Origin: Macrostomum lignano
Lineage: Eukaryota
Assembly (NCBI GenBank): GCA_002269645.1
Contig: NIVC01000854.1
Span: 186,001-250,000, forward strand
Length of the DNA stretch: 64,000 nucleotides
Reading direction: 5' to 3'
Position 1 is the first letter of the stretch; each line of letters begins with the position of its first letter. The notes beneath the pieces are model-generated. The model ran no database searches and was not told the DNA's origin. It was given only the letters and a program-made list of their open reading frames with translations. Below, one piece after another: positions 29,720-41,071 of the stretch. The position numbers and the translations under genes were made by a program.

Positions 29720-30500
29720 ATAATAGCTTAAGCTCCCTTGAACTTGCCGCTCATCGCAATGACGCCATCAAATCCCAATCCAACCAGCCGCTCGCAAACT
29801 GGGACAGAATGTTCTTCGCATGTTCCACTCCAGTCATGTCCTCTGCATGCAATGGCAAATCCCAGAAAGTCTTCACAAATTGCTCCATCAAACACATGTA
29901 GCGAATACATACTGACATGAAAATGCTCCTTTGGGGCCTGATCTTGTTTTATTAACCAGGATGGACGGAAACTGAATGCACTAATAGTTCGATCAGCAGC
30001 TCATTTTGAATCGTCTTGCTAGTATACTTAGCGATGCTCCTCTAGCCGATCTTGTTTCCTGTGTGCACCGTCGCACGCAGGATCTCTCGAAAGAGACCAT
30101 CATTCCGGCCAGGTCGGTCGGCAGTCTCTAGCACAGTATGACCATCTCGGTGTGTCTTGAGAGCAGAGCCACTCCTTCCACAAACTACTGTAGGATGGTA
30201 CGCACAATATGGCGCAGAGGATGTCAGTTCTTTGCAATCTGCTCCTGTCTCAGTAGCCACTCAACTGTCAATGTGTTGCTCTGGCACCATTAGCTCGAAC
30301 TCCGGTGCTCTCAGTACAGTCTGTGGTAGCTCGTAGTTTGTCATGAGCACAGAGAGATAGCCATTGGTTCCCAAGAGTTTTGCGTACTTTTGCAATGGCT
30401 CATATGCACTATCGTAGTCTTCCCAAGTTGGTGACCTTGCTGTTTTTGCCGAGTACCAAATAGCACGCAAGCTTTGCAGAACAAGCCACTTCTCACATGC
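29720..30500 (-). mobile_element. hAT transposase relic (DUF4371/ZMYM1-like type), copy 1
   Basis: Broken frames give GRNDGLFREILR, AKYTSKTIQNELLIE, EDFLGF and GFDGVIAMSGKFKG. Confidence 0.75.
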
Positions 30501-32059
30501 AGATGACTGTCTTAGGAATATTTTCCATTTGCCCTTTTTTTTCTCTCTCACACGTAAAATGTCAATTGGGTAGGAACTGGGAGGCTACCACGTTCGCATC
30601 AAGAATCGGCTTCGCTGGTAAATCCATTGAAATCAGCATCGCATTCAGAGATTGCCTGCTTCAGCTTGGTCTGAATTGCAACTTTCATGCAATTGGTGTC
30701 CCAGCAGTGGCAGAAGGAGGAATAGCAGGTGGCGTAGCAAAAATATGCGTTTGCAATTTGTCTCTGCGTCATGCTGCAGGGGAGAAGATGTTCGATTCAT
30801 TCTTAGTGATTTTGCATTTATCCTTCAATCTGTGTATCGATTTTTTATCACGACCTTGTGCAGTTACACTTCTATTTATCCTAGTTTTTTATTTATGCAC
30901 AATTAACTGCTTTTAGGCTTGTCAGTGCCCAGAAGAGTCCCACTCCCCTCATTAAGCCTCGTCTGTCTCGTTTTGCTATCTTGCTATCAAGGCCGGGCTT
31001 TCCTAGAGGTGCCTGCCCTGATAACATGCTGCTTGTGATTTGCTGTTCCGGCAAGAAAAGCATTTAATGTTTGATAAGATGCTACCGCATTCCAAGAAAT
31101 TAAAAGCAGAGACGCTGCAGACAGACCATATAGAAGCAACTTTTGCAATGCTACTAGGTACGCTTATGCGCCAAAGATCGACCCAATAGCCTCAATTCCA
31201 ATTTCACAATAAAGTAGCCGAGCAAGAATCTGCAATACTTCCGTAATGATTCAATATCTGCATGTTATCTGCAGTTGCCTGGAATGTAGCACTTTTATGC
31301 GGCTCTCTTGACTAAGCTCAATTATAAACATGTTTACGTGAACCTGAGACCGAAAATTGATAGCTATTTTTAGCATTCAGTAGCCACAAGAAGTTGAAAT
31401 GAAAAAAACAACTCACGATGGCCGTGTGTGGACAAAGCATTCTCCGCCGCTGTGTTTGTAACAATGTAGTGCAAATGTGAAATAAATAGCAATGATAAAT
31501 GACAGTATTCATAGGTAATGCCTCTCGCCGGTTGTGTGCCAATGTCGCTTAAAGTGCGCTAGGGTGCACACAACCCCCTTGCCTCTAAAAAAAAAACACA
31601 GTCAGTTCCTACTGATACAGTTTCCACAAGCGCTATTATTACCGGCTATTCTCGATTCTGCTATTTCTGGCAATGATCGACATGTTTTGGTACCTACTAT
31701 ATCAACACACGTACAAAAGACACGTTAGGATGCGGAGGGACCACAGACCAATAAGTATAACTTATTGTTATACATATAACAATATATCATACATAAGTAG
31801 AAAAAACAAAACTAAGCTCTTGGGTGTGTCCCTGACTCCCCACGCATTTCTGAATCCAGAAATAATAATAGCAATAATCAATTGAACCTGTCCCAAATGG
31901 CCAGATGTGCAACCGACAACTCAGCCGCAGCTATTGCGCGGCATTATCTGAAGGCTGGGTACGGCTGTTCAGTCCAAGGACTAGGAGGGATCGGGAATCC
32001 AGCCTCCGACCTTTCGTTCGTGAGTCCGACGCTCTAACCACTAGGCTACAAACCCCTAC

Positions 32060-32700
32060 AAGCTCTTTTGAACTTGGACAGAATTTTCCTCTCACTTCCC
32101 ACTCCAGTCATGTGCTCTGCTGCAATGGCGAATTCCAGAAAGTGCTTCATCAAACACAGCAAACACATACTGTACTGCCAACCTGCTTCTTTGTGGCCTC
32201 ATCTGTTGTTTCAGCAGCCAGGAAACACAAACTGCGCATTGTTTATCCACTCCTTCAAGGCGGTCCAGAATCACTCTCTTCTCCAGTGCACTGGATCAGT
32301 TCATTCGGAATCGTCTTGCTAGTGTACTTGGCGATGATCCTCTAGTCTCTTGTCCTCCTGTGTCAACCATCGCTCGCAGGATCTTTGGAAAGAGACCATC
32401 ATTTTGACAGTTAATCGGTCGGCGTCTCTAGCACACTGTGATAATCTCGGTGTCCCCTGAGAGCAGAGCCACTCATTACACAAACGATAGGATGGCTTGA
32501 ATGCTTTGCAATTTGCTTGTCTCTGTGCAGCCAATCGATTGTCGTTGTGTTGTTCTGGCACCATGTGCTTGAACTCCTGTGCTCTCGCAGTACATTCATT
32601 GTCTTTGTGATAGTTTGTACGAGCGTGTGCTAATGATCGAGCACAGACAGCCATGGACTCCCAAGAGTCTTGCTTCGCAGAACAAGCCACTTCTCACATG
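32060..32700 (-). mobile_element. hAT transposase relic, copy 2
   Basis: Colinear with 29720-30500 (for example CCACTCCAGTCATGT, GAATCGTCTTGCTAGT, GAACAAGCCACTTCTCACATGCAGATGACTGT), with indels. Confidence 0.72.
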
Positions 32701-33681
32701 CAGATGACTGTGCCTGACGAATCTCTTTTAAATGTTCCCTTTGTTTTTCACTCTTAAAAATGGCAATTGGGTATAGGAAGGAACTGGGGGCTCCCAAGTT
32801 CGCGTCAAGAATTGGCTTCGCTGGTAAATCCTGGTTGAAATCAGCATCGCATTCAGAGAACGTGTCTTAGCAGTGGTAGAAGTAGCCAAGTGGCGTAGCA
32901 AAATATGTTTACAATTTGTCCCTGTGTCATGCTGTAGTGGAGAAGAGACCCACTCCCCTCCCTAAACCTCTGTCTCATTTTGCTATCTCAAGGCCGGTCT
33001 TTCCTATAATAGGTGCCTGCATCGAATGTACACCTGGACTACACTAGCTGCACTGATAACATGCCGCTCGTGCTTTGCTGTTCCGGTAGGATGCTACCAC
33101 ATTCCAAGAAATGCAGAAATTCAAAGCAGAGACGCTGCAGACATCATATATAAAGAAGCAACTTATTTAAAGAAGACCGAGTGGCCCCGAATGAAAACAC
33201 TTTCGCAATGCCTCCGCAATGCTTCAATATCTGCATGCTATTATCAGTTGCCTGAATGTAGCACTCTTTTGCATGTTTTTGACAAATTTCAGATAAATAT
33301 GTTTACGCTAACTTAATTTCGAAAATTAAGGCTCTTACGAGTACTTCGCTATTTTTAGCATTTATAACAAAGTCTAAATTCTGTTTCAGTTTCAACAGTC
33401 TAAACGATAGCTTTGTGTGAATAACAATAAATTGCAATAGATAGTAATGACTACTCGCAATGACAGAAAATGTACTACCTTGTAATTATTTTGATGCAGG
33501 GAATGAGCTTCCATGCGAGTTGCACATGTAGCAACATAAACTGACTGATTATAGCAATGATCTACATTGGTGCCTACTATATCAACACAGGCGGTTGAGT
33601 ACAAAAGACACGTGAGGATGCAGAGGAGGGGGGTTTCCAGGGCAAATCCGCGGCAAGGAGTCCCAGTTCCAGTGTCACAGC

Positions 33682-36519
33682 ATGACACAAACTGAAGCGG
33701 TGCTGGAAATCACACAACTGTTAGCGCTTGCGCTGGCAGTTGTCGCTCTGGCGACAGTTCTCATCGGGCTGGCGGTGCACCGCCGGTCCCAGCGGCCCCG
33801 TTTCCGGCGAGTCAGCAGCGACAGAAGACTCGTACGCGACACCTGGCAACGGAACGCGCCCTTAGTTGCTGATTTGATTCAGGCAAGAAACTATGCCGAG
33901 CTCGAAGCCATGGTCAAGGCCGGGCAGGCCGACCCCAACCAGAGGCGGGACGAACCCGGCGGGATGAGCAGCCCGATGCTGGTTGACGCGGTCGGCAATG
34001 GCGAGGTCAAGCTCGCCCAGGCGCTCATCGACCACCCCAGCATCGACTGCAACCTCAGCAGGGAGGACGGCACAACCCCCCTGATAATGGCCGCTAGCAG
34101 GGGACACGAGACACTGGTGGACTCGCTACTGAAGTTGCCTTCGCTTGACCTCAACGCCAGGAACAGCAACCAGTCCACGGCGCTGATCGTGTCGGCCAGA
34201 CCCGGGCACGCCACCATTGTGCGGATGCTGCTGGGTGCGGGCGTGGACAGGACCTGCGCGCAGTACAGGGGCCTCACCGCATTGCACTTTGCCTGTCGCG
34301 ATGGTCACCTGGAGATTGCGCAGTATTTGCTGTCAAACTGCGACAAGGAAACGATCAGACAGATGCTAGAGGCGCGGGACGAGAACGGGTTCACTCCTCT
34401 GATGTACAGTTGCCAGCGAGATCATCACACGGTCGCGCAGCTACTCCTGAACAACATGGACGGTGTGATTAGCAGCAGCAGTGATCATGGAACAGCTCTG
34501 CACGTAGCCGCCACGCATGACAGCAGCAAAACGATGAGGCTGCTGGTCGAGTCCGGAAAGCTGGACCCGAAAGCTACTGATTCAAGGGGTCGCACAGCTC
34601 TCGATGTCGCAGAGGTTCACGGAAGTCACAGCTGCGCACAGATTCTCAGCGCTAATTTGAACGGCACTCCGAGCTGCGACTCCAGCAAGATTTGCAAACT
34701 CTACCAGTTCGAATTGTTGGTGAACGAACAGGCAGTTCAACTGTCCTCTGAAGAGTTCTCGTTGAAGCTCCATCGCGCTATGCTCGACTCCGGCTACAGC
34801 AGCCACCGCGCAGTCTTCCAGGCTGGGGCGGCGGACCTCCTGGCCGAGCTGGGCAACATCTCAGAGCTGCGCGACCGATTCGACAAGCGCAAAGCGTCAG
34901 GAAGTTTCGCCGATGGCTGGGGCAGCAGCCTGCAGCGCCTGAACGGAAGCGTGGCCAGCAGTTCTGATGTTGACATGAGCGTGCAGCAGAAGAATCAAGT
35001 GCACGTTGAGGGCTCCTGCAAGTGTCTGGGTGCGCCAACCTACAGGCTGGAGGAGGGCTTCCTCAGACTGCCGGACGTGTGCGGGGACAAGCCCAGCAGG
35101 ACGGATATAGGCGTGGGAGTGCGGCCATCGATGGACTTCTGCTCGTTCCGGCCGAGCTGCTGCATCCCGATTGAGCTGCGCACAAGTCTGTCAAAGCTGC
35201 CAAAGCGATTTGAATTTCCGGCTAATCCGGAAGTGGAATTCGTCCGGTCTGTGCGACCGGAATGCACCGACGTGATGGAAATGCGCATCAGTTGCACTTC
35301 GTTGGAGAAGGCGATTCTTCGACAGCTGAGCACCTGCCAGGGCCAGGTATTCGTGCTTGTTAAGTACATATTCAAGCAAGTATTGGCTGCCAAAGGGCTG
35401 AAGTCCTACCACTCAAAGACGCTCATGTTCTATCTGGTGTGCGAGATTCCGGAGGAGCAATGGACGGCAGACAGGCTGGAGTGGCTGGTCGTTGCCGCTC
35501 TGCACCGTTTCGAGCAGTTCGTCATCGAGAGCGAAGAGTACGGAGCCTCAAACTGCATGCCGCACTTCTTCATCCGGGATGCCTGGGTGTACTTCAAGAC
35601 TGGCTCGGCCACTGACAGGCGAGCCCTCATTCGTTGCATGCAGGCGGCGCAGCGCGACGTGCGCTCGATTCTGGCGAGCTACATGAGCGAGCAGCTGCGG
35701 CCGCTGCGGCTCGGCTCGGAGTCGCCGTTCGTGTTCCAGCCGTTCAGCCTCATCGAACTCGTCACGCCGTTCAAGCGGCCGAAAAAACTCGAGTCGGGTC
35801 AGCTGGCCCGGTATCAGGATATTTATCCCATGCTGTTTAAAATCCTCGCCGACATTGGCAACCCGAGATGCACAGGTGAGCGCTGCGAAGATCTTAGTCG
35901 CGACATCGACTCTCTGCCGGAGAGAGCAGCCGCTACTGTTAGAGCGGTGCTAAGAGTGCTGCTACACCTGAAGCTTGGCAGTTTATCATCCGCCAGGCAG
36001 GTGCTAAAAGATTCCGAAGGCATTCAAGCGAAGAGAAGCATCGACTTCCAGCATCCCCAGTCTGTGGACGATGCCAAAAGAATTGTTCTCCATCAGCTGG
36101 AGACCAGCAACTGCGCTTGGAAGTTCTGCTTCTACTTTAATGAGAAGCTGGACTTCCGGTTCCTGTCCGATCACGTGACCAGCAAACTCGACGACTCGGC
36201 TTTCGGCTTCTACCAGCTGCCGGGCCACCTGCTGCTCGACTTCGCCTACTTTGTCAATTTCGATGCGGCGCTCAAAGTTCTCAGCATGTGTCTCATCCCG
36301 GAACGGTCCGCCGAGCTCGTGTCGCAGTGGTACTCGGAGCTGTGCTCTGAAGAGGACTCCGAGGACATCTACGAGTTGTACCTGTTCGCCAAGTTCTCGC
36401 GCGATGCTGAGCAGCTCAAGCACTGCCTGCTCAGAATGCGATCGTTGAGTATCAAAATGGACAAAGAGTTGGACATGATTGAGGAAGTTGAAAAGAGGCT
36501 GAAGTTGAAGAGAGGCTGA
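33682..36519 (+). CDS. Membrane-anchored ankyrin-repeat / cGAS-like (Mab-21 family) nucleotidyltransferase, 945 aa, single exon
   Basis: TM at about aa 11-31; about 7 ANK repeats (GTTPLIMAASRGH, GLTALHFACRDGH, GFTPLMYSC, GTALHVAA and others). NTase motifs: SGSFADGW...SDVDM, downstream MDF, MRISCTSLEKAIL, LVKYIFK, LKSYHSKTLMF, CMPHFFIRD. Confidence 0.9.
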   Translation: MTQTEAVLEITQLLALALAVVALATVLIGLAVHRRSQRPRFRRVSSDRRLVRDTWQRNAPLVADLIQARNYAELEAMVKAGQADPNQRRDEPGGMSSPMLVDAVGNGEVKLAQALIDHPSIDCNLSREDGTTPLIMAASRGHETLVDSLLKLPSLDLNARNSNQSTALIVSARPGHATIVRMLLGAGVDRTCAQYRGLTALHFACRDGHLEIAQYLLSNCDKETIRQMLEARDENGFTPLMYSCQRDHHTVAQLLLNNMDGVISSSSDHGTALHVAATHDSSKTMRLLVESGKLDPKATDSRGRTALDVAEVHGSHSCAQILSANLNGTPSCDSSKICKLYQFELLVNEQAVQLSSEEFSLKLHRAMLDSGYSSHRAVFQAGAADLLAELGNISELRDRFDKRKASGSFADGWGSSLQRLNGSVASSSDVDMSVQQKNQVHVEGSCKCLGAPTYRLEEGFLRLPDVCGDKPSRTDIGVGVRPSMDFCSFRPSCCIPIELRTSLSKLPKRFEFPANPEVEFVRSVRPECTDVMEMRISCTSLEKAILRQLSTCQGQVFVLVKYIFKQVLAAKGLKSYHSKTLMFYLVCEIPEEQWTADRLEWLVVAALHRFEQFVIESEEYGASNCMPHFFIRDAWVYFKTGSATDRRALIRCMQAAQRDVRSILASYMSEQLRPLRLGSESPFVFQPFSLIELVTPFKRPKKLESGQLARYQDIYPMLFKILADIGNPRCTGERCEDLSRDIDSLPERAAATVRAVLRVLLHLKLGSLSSARQVLKDSEGIQAKRSIDFQHPQSVDDAKRIVLHQLETSNCAWKFCFYFNEKLDFRFLSDHVTSKLDDSAFGFYQLPGHLLLDFAYFVNFDAALKVLSMCLIPERSAELVSQWYSELCSEEDSEDIYELYLFAKFSRDAEQLKHCLLRMRSLSIKMDKELDMIEEVEKRLKLKRG

Positions 36520-37559
36520 ACTTCAGGCTGAAGAGATTCTGAGCTCTCTAGGTAACGCTTCAGTGTACGAACTGCGTGCAAGGGTGACATGACAATCGGA
36601 CGCAAGCAGACAGCTGTTTTTTGAGTTTACCTTTTTCCTAGGACCTCCACGTCATCAAGGACCAGAATCTGTGTTTTAAGTCATACTTACTCACATGTTT
36701 GAAGATCCATCACTGTACACACGCCCATAGTAACAGAACATGCTTGTATATAAATGTACATTATTCATTACAAAAAGTTACGAGGGTTGTACAAAAAGCT
36801 GTGGAAATTAATAAACTAAGATCTGGTGGTATTTATTTCAAAACCATGTTTCCATTCATTATCTTAAATCTATGCCAATCCACCCAGCACACCAGTGCCC
36901 ACTGGCAATATTTTTCTGAAGCAAAAAATAAGAAGTGTAAAACAGGCAATTTGGTGACGAACATGACAGATACTAGCAGTGTGGAATCCAGCAAAATTAG
37001 TAGCAAGAAGACAGCAGAGGTGTACCAGTTAGATTAGAATCCACTCAGTGCTGTCAATGTGCATGTATTTCTTCTATACGAATTTCTATTATATTTATAA
37101 CTACAATGTGCTTAATATACTGCTTTACGTTCCAGTAATTTAGTAGCAAAGAAAGAAAAGTTGAAAAAACAGACGAACAACAAAAATTTGATTGCTGCGG
37201 ATTAAAACAAAACAAAATTATAATATAGTCGCTTTCGGCCGAATGCCGACGCTACTACTCACGAGCAACTATAAGTAGTATCTAGAGAAAGAATTAGAAA
37301 ATTACTATCCGCGGCAAATTAAAATTAGCGAAGAAATCTATTAATTTTCAAGTGTTCAACGCGCACTTCAAAAGCAACATTGGCGGTCGATATAATTTTC
37401 ATATTAAGGAGTCTGGGAGCAACATCAAGCCACTGCAATTCCTGCATTACGAAGTAGTAGACTGCTGTCTTATTAGTTAGACCCCATCGACATTGTTGCA
37501 AGGGACATCTTGACTAATTTAAAAGCTTAACAGACGCATTTATATGAAATTACAACGCA

Positions 37560-37985
37560 AGGGTCAACCTGTCCTGACGCTTAAATACAGGGGTCACCTG
37601 ACCTCCTAACTCAAATAAAAGGGGTCATACGACCCACCCATTCAAAAAAAGGGTCATATGACCCACCCATTCAAAAAGGGTCCCTTGACCTTCCCATTGC
37701 GATACAGGGGTCATCTGACCTCTCTAATACGATACAGGGGTTATCTGACCTCCCTATTACGATTCAGTGGTCATCTGACTCCCTATTGCGATACAGGGGT
37801 CATCTGACCTCCCTATTGCGATATAGGGGTCATCTGACCTCCCTATTGCGATATAGGGGTCATCTGACCTCCCTATTGCGATATAGGGGTCATCTGACCT
37901 CCCTATTGCGATAGAGGGGTCATCTGACCTCCCTATTGCGATAGAGGGGTCATCTGACCTCCCTATTGCGGGGTCATCTGACCTC
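37560..37985. repeat. 30-bp minisatellite (GGGGTCATCTGACCTCCCTATTGCGATATA)
   Basis: Degenerate at the left, homogeneous at the right. Confidence 0.9.
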
Positions 37986-38301
37986 TAATTTTTAAGACGC
38001 CCTTGGCAACAAAAGTGAGTACATATAGACAAAATAGCAAGAAAAATTAAAATTACATAACAATTCTATTTCATATCTATTCGAAAACAACTACTAATAT
38101 CTATAATATATTGTTATAATTCGCTCATCTGAGAGTGAAAGATGAGAGACAAAACACAAAAAGGCTGAGCCAGACCGCACCAAGGCCCAGTCCAGTCGCT
38201 GGTTGCTATAGCTAATTAATTAGAAATTCTTGTAGCTAATCTATGCATCGAACTAATTAGGTAATCCAGTACAATACCTAGGATGAGCTGTTTTTCACTA
38301 T

Positions 38302-41071
38302 TTACTTGGCCGCCCGATTCAACGTGCGACGAACCACTCGGACAATGTCGGCCACCTGAGGCAGGGCCGCCGCCTCCAGGGCCTGGGCGTAGGGCATCGG
38401 TACATCCGCCCCGGTCATTCTGGTCAGCGGAGCGTCCAGATAGTCGAATGCCTGCGACTCCATGATTCTGGCCGCGATCTCCGCCCCCATGCCGCACTGG
38501 GGCCAGCAGCTCTCCACCGTGACTACGTGGTGAGTCTTCATCACCGACTTCACGATGGACTCCTCGTCCAGTGGCCGGAGGGTGCGCAGGTTCAGCACCT
38601 CGCACTGGATGCCCTCTTTGGCCAGCTCGGCGGCGGCTTCGACACAGAGGCCGACAAATTTGCCGTAGGAGATGAGGCTGATGTGGTTGCCGGGAATTTC
38701 TATCTTGGCCTGCGGTTGGGGGATTTGGGATTCAGATTGATTTGGGATGGATTTGGCAGCGAAGATCACTGAACTATGAGCTATGATGAGCTTAGAATAT
38801 GAAGCACAATGAGTCTGGAATATGACTCACAATGAAGCTGGAATATGAGACACAATGAAGCTGGAATATGAGACACAATGAAGCTGGAATATGAGACACA
38901 ATGAAACTGGGATTTGAGACACAATGAGACTGGAATATGAGACACAATGAAGCTGGAATATGAGGCACAATGAGACTGGAATATGACTCACAATGAAGCT
39001 GGAATATGAGACACAATGAGGCTGGAATATGACTCACAATGAAGCTGGAATATGAGACACAATGAGACTGGAATATGACTCACAATGAAGCTGGAATATG
39101 AGACACAATGAGGCTGGAATATGACTCACAATGAAGCTGGAATATGAGACACAATGAGGCTGGAATATGGCTCACAATGACGCTGGAATATGGGACGCAA
39201 TGAGGCTGAAATATGACTCACAATGCCAGGGATAAGTAAAACAGAGAAATTCTAAAATAAAAAAGCTCGTCACCTTTCCAATGGGAATGAGAAAATCCTT
39301 AGACTCGCACTCGGGCGATACTTCAAAGCTGACGCCGTACATCATTTCGTTTTCAAGGCAAACAACAGGATCGTTGTCGCGGATGGCGGCCTTCAATAGG
39401 CCGCGGGCGTCCTCGCTGTTCCACGGTGACACGACCTGCGCAAGAGTGCAAATTATGAGGTTTGTCGATCAATTTCTAAATAATAATAATAAAACACAAC
39501 AAAATGGTTGCAAGATGTGCCAAACTTTTAATGTTGGACAAATATAGTTGCTAGGGGCGCTAAATCTGATTGCCGATGATGCTAAATATAGTTGCTAGGA
39601 ATGCCAAATATGGTTGCTAGGGTGCTAAATTTGAGGCTAGAGATTCTAAACCTGGTTGCTAGGGATGCTAAATATAAGGCTAGAGATTCAAAATCTGGTT
39701 GCTAGGGATGTGAAATATGGATTGCTAAGGACGCTCAAATCTAATTTCTAGGACTGCCAAATCTGGTTGCTAGGAAATCCAAATTTGGTTGCTAGGGGTG
39801 CCAAATCGGGTTGCTAGAGATGATAAATCTGGTTGCTAGGGCTGTCAAATCTAGTTGCTAGGGCTGCCATATCTGGTTGCTAGGGATACTAAATATGGGT
39901 TGCCAAGGACGCTTAGATTTGGTTGCTAGGGATGTAATGTCTAATAATGTCTAATTCGGTTGCTATAGGCAATGGAAAAAAGTTGCCACGACGCCAAATC
40001 AGACTCAGGGCGGCTATTGAGACTCACTTTCAATCCGGGGCAGTGCGAGTACCATGAGGCGAAGTCCTGCGAATGCTGGGCCCCCACACCGGCAGCGGCT
40101 CCGTTGGGCCCGCGAAATACGATTGGCACCTTGACATCGCCGGCGCTCATGTAGTAGGTTTTAGCCGCGCTATTGATCACGTGATCTATGGCCTGCATCG
40201 AGAAGTTGAAGGTCATGAACTCGCAGATCGGGCGGAGACCGGCCATGGCTGCCCCCACGGCCAGACCTGGGGTGGCGATAGCGAAAAGTATTTCACTTTT
40301 AATTAGTGATGTCGAGTGGCTTAAAGGGGGTTCGGGGTACTGAGTGGTTGCTAAAGCATTTATTAGGGGTTGAATTACTTCTAGGGGGAGTATTTCTCAA
40401 GTTTCTAAATGATTGCTATGGGAGGATTTACCAGGTACCGAATAGTTGCTAGGGGAAGATTCCTCAGGTTGCTAGGCAGGGATTCTTCAGGTTGCTAGGG
40501 AAGGATTTCTTATGTTGCTAGGGAAGGATTTCTTATGTTGCTAGGGAAGGATTTCTTATGTTGCTAGGGAAGGATTTCTTAGGTTGCTAGGGAAGTATTT
40601 TTCAGGTTACTAGAGAAAGATTGCTCAGGCTGCTAGGGAAGGATTTCTCAGGTCGCTGAATGGTTGCTAGGGGAAGATTTCTCAGGTTACTAGGGTATGA
40701 TTTCTCAGGTTACTGACTGGTTGCTACGTGACTTCTAAAGGGATTAGTCAGGTGATGAAAGACATAGACATACTCGCAGTTTGCCACTCACCGGTAAAGC
40801 CCATCTCAGTGATGGGAGTGTCAATCACGCGTTTATCTCCCATCAATTTCCACAGACCCTTGGACACTTTATAAGCACCATCGTACTGAGCGACCTCTTC
40901 GCCCATTAGGAAGACATTCGGGTCGCGTTCGATCTCCTCTTTCATGGCGGAGTTCAAGGCATCGCGCACATTCATTGATGAAGCGAACCGGCGGCTGGCA
41001 ACAATGTTGCCGCCGCTGCGGCCGAATGAGCGAAGAATGAGCTGGCAAGCTGACAGGCTGGGCCGGTGCAT
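38302..41071 (-). CDS. PDHB: Pyruvate dehydrogenase E1 beta subunit, mitochondrial, 362 aa
   Basis: complement(join(38302..38709,39274..39435,40028..40266,40792..41071)); GT-AG with matching phases. Motifs [64 protein letters not shown]; Arg/Ser-rich presequence. Confidence 0.97.
38790..39225. repeat. 23-bp minisatellite (GAGACACAATGAAGCTGGAATAT) in PDHB intron 3
   Basis: Direct reading. Confidence 0.92.
39545..40730. repeat. Degenerate GTTGCTAGGG-core repeats in PDHB introns 2 (39545-39945) and 1 (40420-40730)
   Basis: Recurring GTTGCTAGG about every 20 nt in both introns; span includes exon 2. Confidence 0.75.

Noticed and set aside
29600-32050. tRNA genes
   Set aside because: Only partial A/B boxes attached to repeated bodies, with no complete cloverleaf; treated as SINE heads, as is 48900-48971.
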